33,814 nucleotides of DNA from Thiotrichales bacterium (GTDB lineage: Bacteria; Pseudomonadota; Gammaproteobacteria; Thiomicrospirales; Thiomicrospiraceae). Shown here piece after piece: positions 1-10,904 of this stretch. The notes beneath the pieces were generated by a model. That model ran no database searches, was not told the DNA's origin, and saw only the letters and a program-made list of their open reading frames with translations. The DNA lies in contig JACXUQ010000001.1 in the NCBI GenBank assembly GCA_014763835.1, forward strand, positions 1 to 33,814, given 5' to 3'. How positions within the stretch are numbered: position 1 is the first letter of the stretch; every line of letters begins with the position of its first letter. Made by a program: the position numbers and the translations under genes.

Positions 1-29
1 ACGCAGCTAATAGCTCGCTATTAGCAAGT
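1..29 (+). repeat. 29-bp terminal direct repeat, identical to 33786-33814
   Basis: ACGCAGCTAATAGCTCGCTATTAGCAAGT at both window ends. Confidence 0.97.
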
Positions 30-95
30 TTTTCAACAAAAATCAGGCTATTTTTAACCATTTTTATTCGTGTAGCCATCTCGTGCAAAGCTCTC
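1..95. mobile_element. Right half of a ~160-bp palindromic MITE-like element
   Basis: 80-95 CTCGTGCAAAGCTCTC is the exact reverse complement of 33721-33736. Central palindrome GCTAATAGC-TC-GCTATTAGC at 6-25. No ORF. Abuts the kdsC stop codon. Confidence 0.75.
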
Positions 96-635
96 TTAGA
101 GGTTTTCGCGCAAATAAAAGTCCATATGTTTTTGCCAGCTGCCCTGGGCTTTCATAATCAATTCGCACATTTCGCGCACGCAACCCTGGCCGCCTTTGAA
201 GGCGGAGATGTGGTTGACGCGCTGTTTGACCTCCGGATCGCCGTCGGCCGGCGTGGCGGAAAGTCCCACGCGGGTCAGAATCGGCAGATCCAAAATATCG
301 TCGCCGATATAGGCGACTTCGGAAAAGTCGATTTGCAGCTCTTCCATGAGTTGCAAGAAGGTCGGCAGTTTGTCGGGAACCCCCTGGTAGACGTGTTTGA
401 CCTTGAGATCGCGCATGCGGTTGCTGACCAGTTGCGATTTTCTGCCGGTGATAATGCCGATATCCACGCCCGATTTTTGCAGCATGACCATGCCGTGGCC
501 GTCACGGGTGTAGAACGACTTGTGTTCCTGGCCGTCATCACTGTAGTAGAGGTAATTGTTGGTGAGAACCCCGTCGACATCCAGCAGCAGTAATTTGACT
601 TGTTTGGCGCGGTTTATGAGTTCTTCTGAAAACAT
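96..635 (-). CDS. kdsC: 3-deoxy-D-manno-octulosonate 8-phosphate phosphatase (HAD family)
   Basis: LLLLDVDGVLT, GIITGR and YIGDDILD HAD motifs, GGQGCVRE. Start moved to the ATG at 635 (MFSEEL), which follows a GGAG RBS. Confidence 0.93.
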   Translation of the reverse strand: MFSEELINRAKQVKLLLLDVDGVLTNNYLYYSDDGQEHKSFYTRDGHGMVMLQKSGVDIGIITGRKSQLVSNRMRDLKVKHVYQGVPDKLPTFLQLMEELQIDFSEVAYIGDDILDLPILTRVGLSATPADGDPEVKQRVNHISAFKGGQGCVREMCELIMKAQGSWQKHMDFYLRENL

Positions 636-654
636 GTATCGCTCTCCGGTCTGG

Positions 655-1641
655 TTATGCTTGGGTGCGGAAGTAGAGTAGCACAAGATAGGCAGCGAAG
701 GCTCCCAGGAGGAGCAATCCTTTGCCTTTGTGAATCACGGCATCGCCTTTACGCGAGAAGGCAAACAGTAGCATGGCGAGCGTAAAGCCAAGCATCACCG
801 GCAGGTCTTCATGCAGCGTAGCCGGTTCGAGCACCGAGGGGGCGAGTAAAGCGGGTACCGACAGAACGGCGAGGATGTTGAAGAGGTTGGAGCCGACGAT
901 GTTGCCGATCATCAGGTCCGCTTCGTTCTTGCGTGCGGCGCTAATCGAGGCGGCCAGTTCAGGCAGGCTGGTGCCGATGGCGACAATGGTCAGGCCGATA
1001 ATCACTTCGTCGATTTCCAGAAAGCGGGCGATTTCGACCGCACCCCACACCATCATTTTGGCGCTGAGCATGAGGATGATGAGGCCGCCAATGACCATAA
1101 AAATCGATTTGTTCAGAGTGAAGTCCGGTTTGGTGGCCAGCTCCTGCGAGGTTTCGCTGGTCAGCGGATCGGTTGGGTCGGCTTCTTTGTTAACCTTGAT
1201 CATCCATAACATCACCAGGATCAGGCCGACAACCAAAACGGTGCCGTCCAGCAGGCCCAGATGGCCGTCCAATACCAGTAGATAAACGGCAATGCTGACC
1301 CCCATTAATACCGGCAGTTCGCGTTTGATCAGGGAGGACTTGACGGCAATCGGGGCGATGATTGCGGTCAGGCCGAGCACCAGGCCGATATTGGCGATGT
1401 TGGAGCCGACTGCATTGCCGATGGCCAATCCGGGGCTGTTGTCGAGTGAGGCGAGGGTGGAAACCAGTATCTCCGGCATGGAAGTGCCAAAGCCGAGGAC
1501 GACAACGCCGATAATCAAGGGGGAGATGGAAAGGTGGTTGGCGGTGCTCGCAGCGCCGTCAATGAAAATATCGGAACTCCAGGCCAGTAGGACTAGGCCG
1601 ATAATCAAGGCGATGGTGGGCAGGAGTAAAGTTAAGGTCAT
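655..1641 (-). CDS. yrbG: Ca2+/Na+ antiporter (CaCA family)
   Basis: Two alpha repeats, GTSMPE...GNAVGSNIAN and GTSLPE...GNIVGSNLFN. About 10 TM segments. Usual position next to kdsC and mla. Confidence 0.92.
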   Translation of the reverse strand: MTLTLLLPTIALIIGLVLLAWSSDIFIDGAASTANHLSISPLIIGVVVLGFGTSMPEILVSTLASLDNSPGLAIGNAVGSNIANIGLVLGLTAIIAPIAVKSSLIKRELPVLMGVSIAVYLLVLDGHLGLLDGTVLVVGLILVMLWMIKVNKEADPTDPLTSETSQELATKPDFTLNKSIFMVIGGLIILMLSAKMMVWGAVEIARFLEIDEVIIGLTIVAIGTSLPELAASISAARKNEADLMIGNIVGSNLFNILAVLSVPALLAPSVLEPATLHEDLPVMLGFTLAMLLFAFSRKGDAVIHKGKGLLLLGAFAAYLVLLYFRTQA

Positions 1642-1822
1642 GTCACTGCTCTTTAATTTTGAAAAATTCAGTCCGGTATTATAACCAATGTGATCTCTAA
1701 TAATAAAAAAAATTTATGCACATAAAGAGTCGGGTGGAGTGTATTAAAATCGTCATCTATTTAGGCGATAATAGACTGATAAAGTTGTCTGTGGCGCAGC
1801 CCCGGATTTTGATTGGTCTTGC

Positions 1823-2437
1823 ATGCGTGAGGTGATCTTGAATAATTTACAGATTGGGACGGTGGGTTGGTTGCATCCGGATTGGCAGGGTGCATTTTAT
1901 CCGGCAGATATGCCTGAAGAGTGGCAGTTGGATTACTACAGTAATGCTTTGCATGTCGTTCTGGTACCCGAGGTCGAGTGGCTGGCGTGGGACGAGGAGG
2001 AGGTTGCCGAATATGCTGATACGGTGGGAGAATTCTGGTTCTATCTGGCGGTTGAAGGGACTTGGGATGAAGCGAAGCGTCAGCAGCTACGTATGGTAAA
2101 GCAGATTTTTGGTGTTTTACTGGGCGGTGTGGTGGTTTTTTCAGAAAACTGGTTGCCTGATGAAATCCTGGAAGGCGTGCGCGTAAGCCTGGTTTCGAGC
2201 AAGCAACAGCTTGCAGGATGGTCGTGGCAAGTGGAAGGAAAAATCTTGTCGGGCACCCCTTTCGGCTATATTGAGGTGTTGTCGAATGATGGTAAAGCGC
2301 AGGCCAATTTGCTCAAGGAGTTTATGCACAGCTTGCCGAAGAACTTGCTTGGCGCCCCCTTTTTTATTGGGGGAGAATCCATTAATATGGCCCAAGTTTC
2401 AAACTTGAAGATTGTCGGAGAGATTTCCGGCTACTGA
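1823..2437 (+). CDS. DUF72-like protein with a divergent C-terminal part
   Basis: N-terminal IGTVGWLHPDWQGAFYP...WQLDYYS resembles the DUF72 N-terminus. The start may be the TTG at 1838, after GAGG. Confidence 0.6.
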   Translation: MREVILNNLQIGTVGWLHPDWQGAFYPADMPEEWQLDYYSNALHVVLVPEVEWLAWDEEEVAEYADTVGEFWFYLAVEGTWDEAKRQQLRMVKQIFGVLLGGVVVFSENWLPDEILEGVRVSLVSSKQQLAGWSWQVEGKILSGTPFGYIEVLSNDGKAQANLLKEFMHSLPKNLLGAPFFIGGESINMAQVSNLKIVGEISGY

Positions 2438-2474
2438 GGTGGCGCGAAATCGCCATTTGAATGATTCTGAATTC

Positions 2475-2505
2475 AACAGGCCTGGTTTTCAGGCCTGTTT
2501 TTTTT
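2475..2505 (+). terminator. Intrinsic terminator built from an inverted pair of the AACAGGCC motif
   Basis: AACAGGCCTG-GTTTT-CAGGCCTGTT followed by a T run. Confidence 0.75.
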
Positions 2506-2545
2506 CACAAGGCTGATGCCTACCGGGGGATTGTTTGGAGTTTTC

Positions 2546-3358
2546 ATGCAAGCCGAGACGCTGATTGATATACAGGATTTAAGTTTTGCCCGTGGTTCGC
2601 GCATGATTTTTGATCGCTTGAGTCTGGCGATACCCAAAGGCAAGGTGACGGCCATCATGGGGCCGAGCGGTACCGGCAAGACGACGCTGTTGAAGCTGAT
2701 TGCCGGACAGTTAAAGCCGGATGCGGGCCGTATTCTGGTTGAGGGGGAAGATGTACACCGCCTCAAGCGCGACAAGCTTTATGCGTTGCGGCAAAAAATG
2801 GGGATGCTGTTTCAAAGTGGCGCCTTGTTAACCGATTTGAACGTCTTTGACAATGTGGCATTTCCTCTGCGCGAGCATACTGACTTACCTGAATCGATTA
2901 TCTATCCGCTGGTGTTGATGAAGTTGCAGGCGGTGGGCTTGCAGGGCGCGCGTTATCTGATGCCGTCTGAGCTTTCCGGCGGCATGTCGCGGCGTGTGGC
3001 ACTGGCGCGCGGTATTGCCCTTGATCCGGAAATGATTTTTTATGACGAGCCGTTTGTCGGTCAGGACCCGATTACCATGGGGGTGCTGGTGGAACTGATT
3101 CGTAAGCTGAACGATAGTTTGGGGTTGACGAGTGTGGTGGTTTCGCATGACGTCGATGAGGTGCTCTCGATTGCCGATTATGTCTGTGTGCTTTCCGAAG
3201 GTCGCGTGATTGCACAGGGTACCAAGGAAGAGGTGCTTAACAGTCAGTCGGCTTATGTGGAGCAGTTTATCAAAGGGTTGCCGGACGGGCCTGTGCCGTT
3301 CCATTACACTGACGAAACTTACGAGCAAGCGATGCGTGCGGGCGAGGTAAGGTTATGA
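2546..3358 (+). CDS. mlaF: Mla phospholipid ABC transporter ATPase
   Basis: Walker A GPSGTGKT, LSGGM, YDEP, C-terminal PDGPVPFHY. ATG at 2546 after GGAG. Confidence 0.93.
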   Translation: MQAETLIDIQDLSFARGSRMIFDRLSLAIPKGKVTAIMGPSGTGKTTLLKLIAGQLKPDAGRILVEGEDVHRLKRDKLYALRQKMGMLFQSGALLTDLNVFDNVAFPLREHTDLPESIIYPLVLMKLQAVGLQGARYLMPSELSGGMSRRVALARGIALDPEMIFYDEPFVGQDPITMGVLVELIRKLNDSLGLTSVVVSHDVDEVLSIADYVCVLSEGRVIAQGTKEEVLNSQSAYVEQFIKGLPDGPVPFHYTDETYEQAMRAGEVRL

Positions 3359-4140
3359 ATTGGATGATAGCTAAGATAGAGGTGTTGGGCGAGCGTGCCT
3401 TGGCGCTTTTTGCCGGGTTGGGGCGCATGGCCTTTTTTGTGGCCGGCCTTCTGCCGGCACTGCCTTATGCCTTTGTGCGCTTTGAACTGCTGGTCAAACA
3501 GCTTTATGTGGCGGCTGTTTTGTCATTGCCGATTATTCTGACCGCCGGTCTGTTTGTGGGCATGGTGTTGAGTTTGCAAGGGTATAATGTCCTGGTGGAT
3601 TACAACTCGGAAGAGGCGGTGGGTACCATGACGGCGTTGTCGTTGTTGCGTGAGTTGGGACCCGTGGTCGCTGCGTTGCTGTTTGCCGGGCGCGCCGGTT
3701 CGGCGCTGACGGCGGAGATCGGTCTGATGCGCTCCACCGAGCAGCTTTCCGCTTTGGAAATGATGGCGGTTGATCCGCGCAAGTTTATTTTTGCGCCGCG
3801 TTTTGTGGCGGCGTTTATCGCTTTGCCGATGTTGTCGTTGCTGTTTATCGCTATGGGTATTCTGGGCGGTTATATGGTTGGCGTCGGCTGGCTCGGTATT
3901 GACGAAGGCGCCTTCTGGTCGCAGATGCAGGATTCGGTTGATTGGCAGGAAGACGTGATGAACGGGGTTATCAAATCCATCGCTTTTGCTGCCTTGATTG
4001 CCGTGATTGCGCTGTTCCAAGGCGAGGATGCGATGCCGACGTCTGAAGGCGTGAGTAATGCGACTACCCGCACGGTGGTGCATTCGTCTTTAGGTGTATT
4101 AGGTTTGGATTTTGTGTTGACCACATTGATGTTTAGTTAA
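3355..4140 (+). CDS. mlaE: Mla permease
   Basis: LLRELGPVVAALLFAGRAGSALTAEIGLM and EQLSALEMMAVDP signatures. Confidence 0.95.
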   Translation: MNWMIAKIEVLGERALALFAGLGRMAFFVAGLLPALPYAFVRFELLVKQLYVAAVLSLPIILTAGLFVGMVLSLQGYNVLVDYNSEEAVGTMTALSLLRELGPVVAALLFAGRAGSALTAEIGLMRSTEQLSALEMMAVDPRKFIFAPRFVAAFIALPMLSLLFIAMGILGGYMVGVGWLGIDEGAFWSQMQDSVDWQEDVMNGVIKSIAFAALIAVIALFQGEDAMPTSEGVSNATTRTVVHSSLGVLGLDFVLTTLMFS

Positions 4141-4152
4141 AGAGGAAATGGC

Positions 4153-4614
4153 ATGAAGCGGCAGCTAAAAGTGGAGATTTGGGTTGGGGCCTTTGTGCTG
4201 ATGACACTGGTGTCCTTGGTAGTGATTGCTTTTCAGGTGAGTAATTTCAATAGCTGGAAAGAGAAACCGAGTTATCAGATTACCGGGCTTTTCAGCAATA
4301 TCGGTGGGTTGAAAGTGCGCGCGCCGGTGAAGGTCAGCGGTGTGGTGGTAGGGCGTGTTACCGACATCAGTGTCGATAAAAAAACCTACCAGGCCAGGGT
4401 CACGATGAGTGTGTTCAAGGAGTTTAGCGATCTGCCGATTGACACCTCAGGATCGATTCTGACCTCCGGTTTATTGGGGGATCAGTATATCGGTTTGGTG
4501 CCGGGTTCCGAAGAGACGTTTCTCAAAGAAGGTGATCAGCTGGATTTGACGCAGCCAGCGTTGGTGCTGGAAGACTTGATCGGTCAGTTTTTGGTCAAAT
4601 TTAGCGAAAAATAA
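4153..4614 (+). CDS. mlaD: Mla MCE-domain protein
   Basis: N-terminal TM, FSNIGGLKVRAPVKVSGVVVGRV, TSGLLGDQYIGL, LEDLIGQFL. Confidence 0.95.
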   Translation: MKRQLKVEIWVGAFVLMTLVSLVVIAFQVSNFNSWKEKPSYQITGLFSNIGGLKVRAPVKVSGVVVGRVTDISVDKKTYQARVTMSVFKEFSDLPIDTSGSILTSGLLGDQYIGLVPGSEETFLKEGDQLDLTQPALVLEDLIGQFLVKFSEK

Positions 4615-4625
4615 AGGGTAGAGTC

Positions 4626-5273
4626 ATGTTGGTTTTACGCAAAAATAGCTTTAATGCCTTTTGGGGTGTGTTCGTCGCATTTTTATTAGGGTTGGCAACC
4701 AGTGCGCATGCTGCGGAGATTGCACAGGATGATCCCGAAAAAATGGTATTGCAGTTGTCCGAAACCGTGGTGAAGGCTTTGAATGAGCAGCGTGCCGAAT
4801 TGGAAGGCAATCCGGCCAAGATTAAAGCGTTTGCCAATGAATATGTGTTGCCCTATGTGGATACGCCCAAAATGGCGCGCTATGTGATGGGGCGTTATTG
4901 GCGCATGACGTCGGAAGCGCAGCAGCAAGCGTTTATTGACGAGTTTACCACGACTTTGCTGCGCTCCTATTCGCAAAGCCTTTTGAAACTGAATATCAAT
5001 AGTGTCGCGGTGCAGCCGATGGTGGAGGAGAAACCGGGACGGGTCACGATCTCTTCGGAAGTCACCCAGGCGGATGGCAATAAAAGCAATGTGGTCTACC
5101 GCGCCTATTTGGATGACAAAAGTAAGAAATGGATGGTTTACGATGTGATGGTTGAGGGTATCAGTATGCTGCTTAACTACCGTAAAACCTACGATTCGGA
5201 GTTTGCCAAAATCGGTGTGGACGCGGTGATCTCTTCCATGAAAGAGAAAAATAAAGAGTTTAACGGCGTATGA
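4626..5273 (+). CDS. mlaC: Periplasmic phospholipid-binding protein
   Basis: Signal peptide, MARYVMGRYW, WMVYDVMVEGISML, operon position. Confidence 0.92.
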   Translation: MLVLRKNSFNAFWGVFVAFLLGLATSAHAAEIAQDDPEKMVLQLSETVVKALNEQRAELEGNPAKIKAFANEYVLPYVDTPKMARYVMGRYWRMTSEAQQQAFIDEFTTTLLRSYSQSLLKLNINSVAVQPMVEEKPGRVTISSEVTQADGNKSNVVYRAYLDDKSKKWMVYDVMVEGISMLLNYRKTYDSEFAKIGVDAVISSMKEKNKEFNGV

Positions 5274-5572
5274 GAGGCAGAACCGGTTCGACAGCGTCGA
5301 CTGTGACATGGTTCGACGATACTAAGCTGCAATTGCCTGAGCACGTGACTGTACGGACGGTACCGGGTATTGTGCAGCAGGTCGAAGGCAGCGGTAGAGT
5401 CCCTGCGACTGTGGATTTTAGCCGGGTGCAACAAGCCGATAGTGTAGCCTTGGCATTATTGCTTCGTTGGCAATCACAGCTTCAGCAACCATTACAAGTG
5501 GTGGCTTTGCCCGGGCAGTTGCGAACCCTGCTGCCATTGTATGATCTGGAACACGTGTTGTCGGTTGCGTAG
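5270..5572 (+). CDS. mlaB: STAS-domain protein
   Basis: VDFSRVQQADSVALALLLRW and LRTLLPLYDL, position after mlaC. Confidence 0.85.
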   Translation: MRGRTGSTASTVTWFDDTKLQLPEHVTVRTVPGIVQQVEGSGRVPATVDFSRVQQADSVALALLLRWQSQLQQPLQVVALPGQLRTLLPLYDLEHVLSVA

Positions 5573-5593
5573 TTTACGAGAAGAGTTTTTAAA

Positions 5594-6511
5594 ATGTCCT
5601 TAGCGGTTCAGTTTCAGCATGTTACCAAGCAGTATGGTTCTTTCGAGGCCTTGAAGGGGATTTCCTTTGAGGTTGAAGAGGGCGCTTTTTTTGGTTTGCT
5701 CGGCCCCAATGGCGCCGGCAAGTCGACCTTGATTAATGCTATGTCGGGCCTGTTGGTGCCCTCCGGTGGCGCAATCAAGGTACATGGTTATGATGTGATT
5801 CAAGATTACCGTCAGACCCGACGCTTGCTGGGCTTGGTTCCACAGGAATTGATCGCCGATCCGTTTTTTACGATTCGTCAACTGTTGGAGTTGCAGTCCG
5901 GTTATTTCGGAATTAAGGGCAAAGAGCAGAAACAGTGGATTGACGAACTGCTGGAAAGGCTGGCGCTGGCGGATAAGGCGGATGCGATTACCAATCAGTT
6001 GTCGGGTGGCATGAAACGTCGGGTGTTGATTGCCATGGCGTTGGTGCATAAGCCACGCGTATTGGTGTTGGACGAACCGACGGCCGGTGTGGATGTCGAT
6101 TTGCGTCATACCTTGTGGGAGTTCACGAAAGAGCTTCATCAGAAGGGTCATACCATTATCCTGACGACCCACTATCTGGAAGAGGCCGAGGCTTTGTGCG
6201 AAAAGGTGGCGATTATGCAGCGCGGCGAAGTCAAAGCACTCGATACCACCAGTCAGTTGCTGGCGACGCACCCTTTTCGCTATGTGCGTGTGGCGGTGGA
6301 AAATCGAAACACGGCTTTGAGCATGGAGCTGAAAACACGCTTGGTTGAGGATGATAACGCGGGTTATCTGTTCAGACTGGAAAAAGAACAGAGCATGAGT
6401 GATATGTTGGGGATGCTTCACCACAGCGGTATTGCGGTTAAAGATGTACGCACCCGGGATGCAACGCTGGAGGAGGTATTTATGGCATTAACGGGGGCGG
6501 CTCAGGCATGA
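5594..6511 (+). CDS. yadG: ABC-2 type exporter ATPase (YadG-like)
   Basis: GPNGAGKST, LSGGMKRR, LDEPTAGVD, LTTHYLEEAE. Confidence 0.8.
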   Translation: MSLAVQFQHVTKQYGSFEALKGISFEVEEGAFFGLLGPNGAGKSTLINAMSGLLVPSGGAIKVHGYDVIQDYRQTRRLLGLVPQELIADPFFTIRQLLELQSGYFGIKGKEQKQWIDELLERLALADKADAITNQLSGGMKRRVLIAMALVHKPRVLVLDEPTAGVDVDLRHTLWEFTKELHQKGHTIILTTHYLEEAEALCEKVAIMQRGEVKALDTTSQLLATHPFRYVRVAVENRNTALSMELKTRLVEDDNAGYLFRLEKEQSMSDMLGMLHHSGIAVKDVRTRDATLEEVFMALTGAAQA

Positions 6512-7278
6512 ATAACTTTAATGCAGCAGGTTGTTGGGCGCTGTTTGTTAAAGAGGTGAAGCGTTTCTATTCGGTTTCGGTGCAGACTATTTTTGCGCCG
6601 GTGGTTTCCACGCTGCTTTACCTTCTGGTTTTTGGCCAAGTGATTGATACGCAGATTGAAGTGTTCAGTGGGCTGGAATACAGCCAGTTTCTGATTCCAG
6701 GGTTGGTGATGATGGCGATTTTGCAGAATGCGTTTGCCAATACCTCTTCGAGTTTAATCCAATCCAAAATGCACGGCAATTTGACCTTCGCCTTACTTAG
6801 TCCGATTTCGCCGTTTGAGTTTTATCTGGCGTTTATTGCGGCCTCAGTTGTGCGTGGCCTGGCGGTTGGCGTGGGTATTTTGGTGATTGGTGTCTTTGGA
6901 TTTGATCTGAGCTTTAATTCGCCGCTGTGGATTTTGCTGTTTGCGGTGTTAAGCGCGGCCATGATGGGGGGCTTGGGTATGTTGGCCGGTATTCTGTCGG
7001 ATAAATATGATCACTTGGCCGCATTCCAGAATTTTATTATTATGCCTCTGACCTTTTTGAGTGGGGTGTTTTATTCAATTCATGCATTGCCGGCGATTTG
7101 GCAGCAGGCGTCGCATTTGAATCCGTTCTTTTATATGGTGGACGGGTTCCGTTACGGTTTCTTTGAGCAATCCGACGTATCGATCGGATTGAGTTTGCTG
7201 GTCACACTGTTCTTCCTGACGTTAATCTCGGCGATTAATCTGATTTTATTGAATAAAGGCGTTAAAATACGCAAATAA
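6508..7278 (+). CDS. yadH: ABC-2 type permease (YadH-like)
   Basis: FLIPGLVMM, PLTFLSGVFYSI, NPFFYMVDGFRYGF. ATGA overlap with the upstream ATPase. Confidence 0.8.
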   Translation: MNNFNAAGCWALFVKEVKRFYSVSVQTIFAPVVSTLLYLLVFGQVIDTQIEVFSGLEYSQFLIPGLVMMAILQNAFANTSSSLIQSKMHGNLTFALLSPISPFEFYLAFIAASVVRGLAVGVGILVIGVFGFDLSFNSPLWILLFAVLSAAMMGGLGMLAGILSDKYDHLAAFQNFIIMPLTFLSGVFYSIHALPAIWQQASHLNPFFYMVDGFRYGFFEQSDVSIGLSLLVTLFFLTLISAINLILLNKGVKIRK

Positions 7279-7296
7279 TTTTTTTGGAAGAGAGTT

Positions 7297-7515
7297 ATGT
7301 CGCCAGAGAAGATTCAAGAGATGATTCAAGCCGCCATTCCTGACTGTCAGGTGGAAATGAGTGGTGCAGACTGCAACTTTGCCGTGGTGGTGACGAGTCT
7401 GTCATTTGCGGGTAAAAGTCCGTTGCAGCGTCACAGAATGGTGAATGATGTGTTTAAGGCTCAATTTGAGAGCGGTGAACTACACGCCCTGTCAATCAAG
7501 ACCCAAGTAGAATAA
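7297..7515 (+). CDS. ibaG: BolA/IbaG family protein
   Basis: FAGKSPLQRHRMV and LHALSIKT, directly upstream of murA. Confidence 0.85.
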   Translation: MSPEKIQEMIQAAIPDCQVEMSGADCNFAVVVTSLSFAGKSPLQRHRMVNDVFKAQFESGELHALSIKTQVE

Positions 7516-7550
7516 GTCGATTGACGCCAACGCAAAGAATTGAGTTTTAA

Positions 7551-8822
<1,272 letters not shown>

Positions 8823-8889
8823 CGCCATTTATTTGAAGTGCGAGAACGCGCTTTTACGAATTTTAATTTTTAAGTTATTGATGTAGATT

Positions 8890-9531
8890 ATGAAACAGCC
8901 ATTGACGATTGCGCTCTCCAAAGGGCGTATCTACGAAGATACCGTGCCTTTATTGGAAGCGGCAGGGATTCATCCGTTGGAAGATCCGAGCAAAAGCCGT
9001 AAATTGATTATTCCGACCAATCATGACCATGTACGTTTGTTGATTGTACGCGCAACCGATGCGCCGACGTATGTGGCGCATGGTGCGGCGGACATCGGTG
9101 TGGCCGGCAAGGATGTGTTGATGGAGGCGCCGGAACACAATCTTTACGAATTGCTGGATTTGCAGATTGCCAAGTGCAAATTGATGGTGGCGGGTCCGGA
9201 AGTGGAAAAACCGCACGGCCATCGTTTGCGTATTGCCACCAAATATTTGAAATCGGCACAGGCGTATTATGCGCAAAAAGGCGAGCAGGTCGACTTGATT
9301 AAACTGTACGGTTCGATGGAAATCGCCCCTTTGATCGACCTGGCAGACCGTATTGTGGATTTGGTGGATACCGGTAATACCTTGCGTGCCAATGGACTGG
9401 TGCCGATGGAGCATATCGCGGATATCAGTTCGCGTCTGATTGTGAATCAGCATGCTTATAAAACCAAATTTGAACAGATTAATGAAATTGTAAAACAGTT
9501 CCAAACAGTAATAGAGAGTCAAAATGCTTAA
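8890..9531 (+). CDS. hisG: ATP phosphoribosyltransferase, short form (HisZ-dependent)
   Basis: [37 protein letters not shown]. 213 aa with no C-terminal regulatory domain. Confidence 0.96.
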   Translation: MKQPLTIALSKGRIYEDTVPLLEAAGIHPLEDPSKSRKLIIPTNHDHVRLLIVRATDAPTYVAHGAADIGVAGKDVLMEAPEHNLYELLDLQIAKCKLMVAGPEVEKPHGHRLRIATKYLKSAQAYYAQKGEQVDLIKLYGSMEIAPLIDLADRIVDLVDTGNTLRANGLVPMEHIADISSRLIVNQHAYKTKFEQINEIVKQFQTVIESQNA

Positions 9532-10825
9532 TATTCGTCGTTTATCTGCTAACGCAGCAGGCTTTAGAAAAGAGTTGGATACCCTTCTGGCTTGGGAAAC
9601 CGTTTCAAATGAGTCGGTCAACAATGTGGTTAAAGAGGTGGTTGAAAAAGTTCGCACTGAAGGTGATGCGGCGCTGTTGGAGTACACGGCACGTTTTGAC
9701 CGTATGAGCCTGAACAGTGGTGCCGAGTTGGAAATCCCGATGGAACGCATCCAGCAAGCCTTGAAAAACATCCCGGCCGATCAGCGTGAAGCGCTGGAGT
9801 TGTCCGCGCAGCGTGTTAAGGCTTACCACGAAAAACAGATTAATGAGTCTTGGACCTATACTGAAGCCGACGGCACCATGCTCGGTCAGCAGGTTACCCC
9901 GCTGGATAGCGTTGGTTTGTATGTTCCGGGCGGAAAAGCGGCTTATCCTTCATCGGTGATTATGAACGCAATTCCTGCCAAAGTGGCTGGTGTTAAGACT
10001 TTGATTATGGTGGTACCGACGCCTGACGGTGAAGTCAACGAGATGGTATTGGCGGCGGCCGCGATCTGTGGTGTTGATCGTGTCTTCACATTGGGTGGCG
10101 CGCAAGCAGTCGCGGCCTTGGCTTATGGCACGCAAACCGTGCCGGCGGTGGATAAAATTGTCGGCCCTGGCAATATTTATGTGGCCACGGCCAAGCGTAT
10201 GGTGTTTGGTACGGTGGGTATCGACATGATTGCCGGCCCTTCAGAGATTTTGGTGTATTGCGACGGTAAAACCAATCCGGATTGGATTGCCGTGGATCTA
10301 TTCTCGCAAGCCGAGCACGATGAAGATGCCCAGGCGATTTTGGTGACCCAGGATGCGGCTTTTGCCGAAAAAGTCTATGAAAGCATGAACCGTCTGTTGC
10401 CGACCATGCCGCGCCAGGCGATTATCCGCAAGGCGTTGGAAGACCGTGGTGCGATTATTGTGGTGGACAACGAGGCGCAGGCGATTGAGATGATCAATAT
10501 CATCGCGCCGGAGCACTTGGAGTTGTCGGTGGACGATCCGAAAGCCTTGTTGCCGAAAATCCGCCATGCGGGTGCAATCTTTATGGGGCGTTATACAGCG
10601 GAAGCGTTGGGCGACTACTGTGCAGGTCCTAACCACGTGTTGCCAACTTCGCGTACCGCGCGTTTCTCTTCTCCGCTGGGTGTGTACGACTTCCAAAAAC
10701 GTTCGAGCTTGATTATGTGCTCGGAAGACGGTGCGAATATGCTAGGTCGGGTAGCCGGTATCTTGGCGGACGGAGAAGGCTTGCAGGCGCACGCCGCTTC
10801 AGCGCGTTACCGTGTTAAAAGCTAA
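9524..10825 (+). CDS. hisD: Histidinol dehydrogenase
   Basis: [43 protein letters not shown]. Confidence 0.98.
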   Translation: MLNIRRLSANAAGFRKELDTLLAWETVSNESVNNVVKEVVEKVRTEGDAALLEYTARFDRMSLNSGAELEIPMERIQQALKNIPADQREALELSAQRVKAYHEKQINESWTYTEADGTMLGQQVTPLDSVGLYVPGGKAAYPSSVIMNAIPAKVAGVKTLIMVVPTPDGEVNEMVLAAAAICGVDRVFTLGGAQAVAALAYGTQTVPAVDKIVGPGNIYVATAKRMVFGTVGIDMIAGPSEILVYCDGKTNPDWIAVDLFSQAEHDEDAQAILVTQDAAFAEKVYESMNRLLPTMPRQAIIRKALEDRGAIIVVDNEAQAIEMINIIAPEHLELSVDDPKALLPKIRHAGAIFMGRYTAEALGDYCAGPNHVLPTSRTARFSSPLGVYDFQKRSSLIMCSEDGANMLGRVAGILADGEGLQAHAASARYRVKS

Positions 10826-10851
10826 ACCTGTTTCTTTAGAGGAATCAGTCG

Positions 10852-10881
10852 AAAAAACCACCGTTATTGGTGGTTTTTTTT
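10852..10881. terminator. Intrinsic (bidirectional-type) terminator after hisD
   Basis: AAAAAACCACC-GTTATT-GGTGGTTTTTTTT. Confidence 0.8.
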
Positions 10882-10904
10882 GCCTTGAATAAAGGAGATT
10901 TGAG

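Noticed and set aside
8890-9531. hisG apparently truncated
   Set aside because: The short HisZ-dependent form is normal in many proteobacteria.
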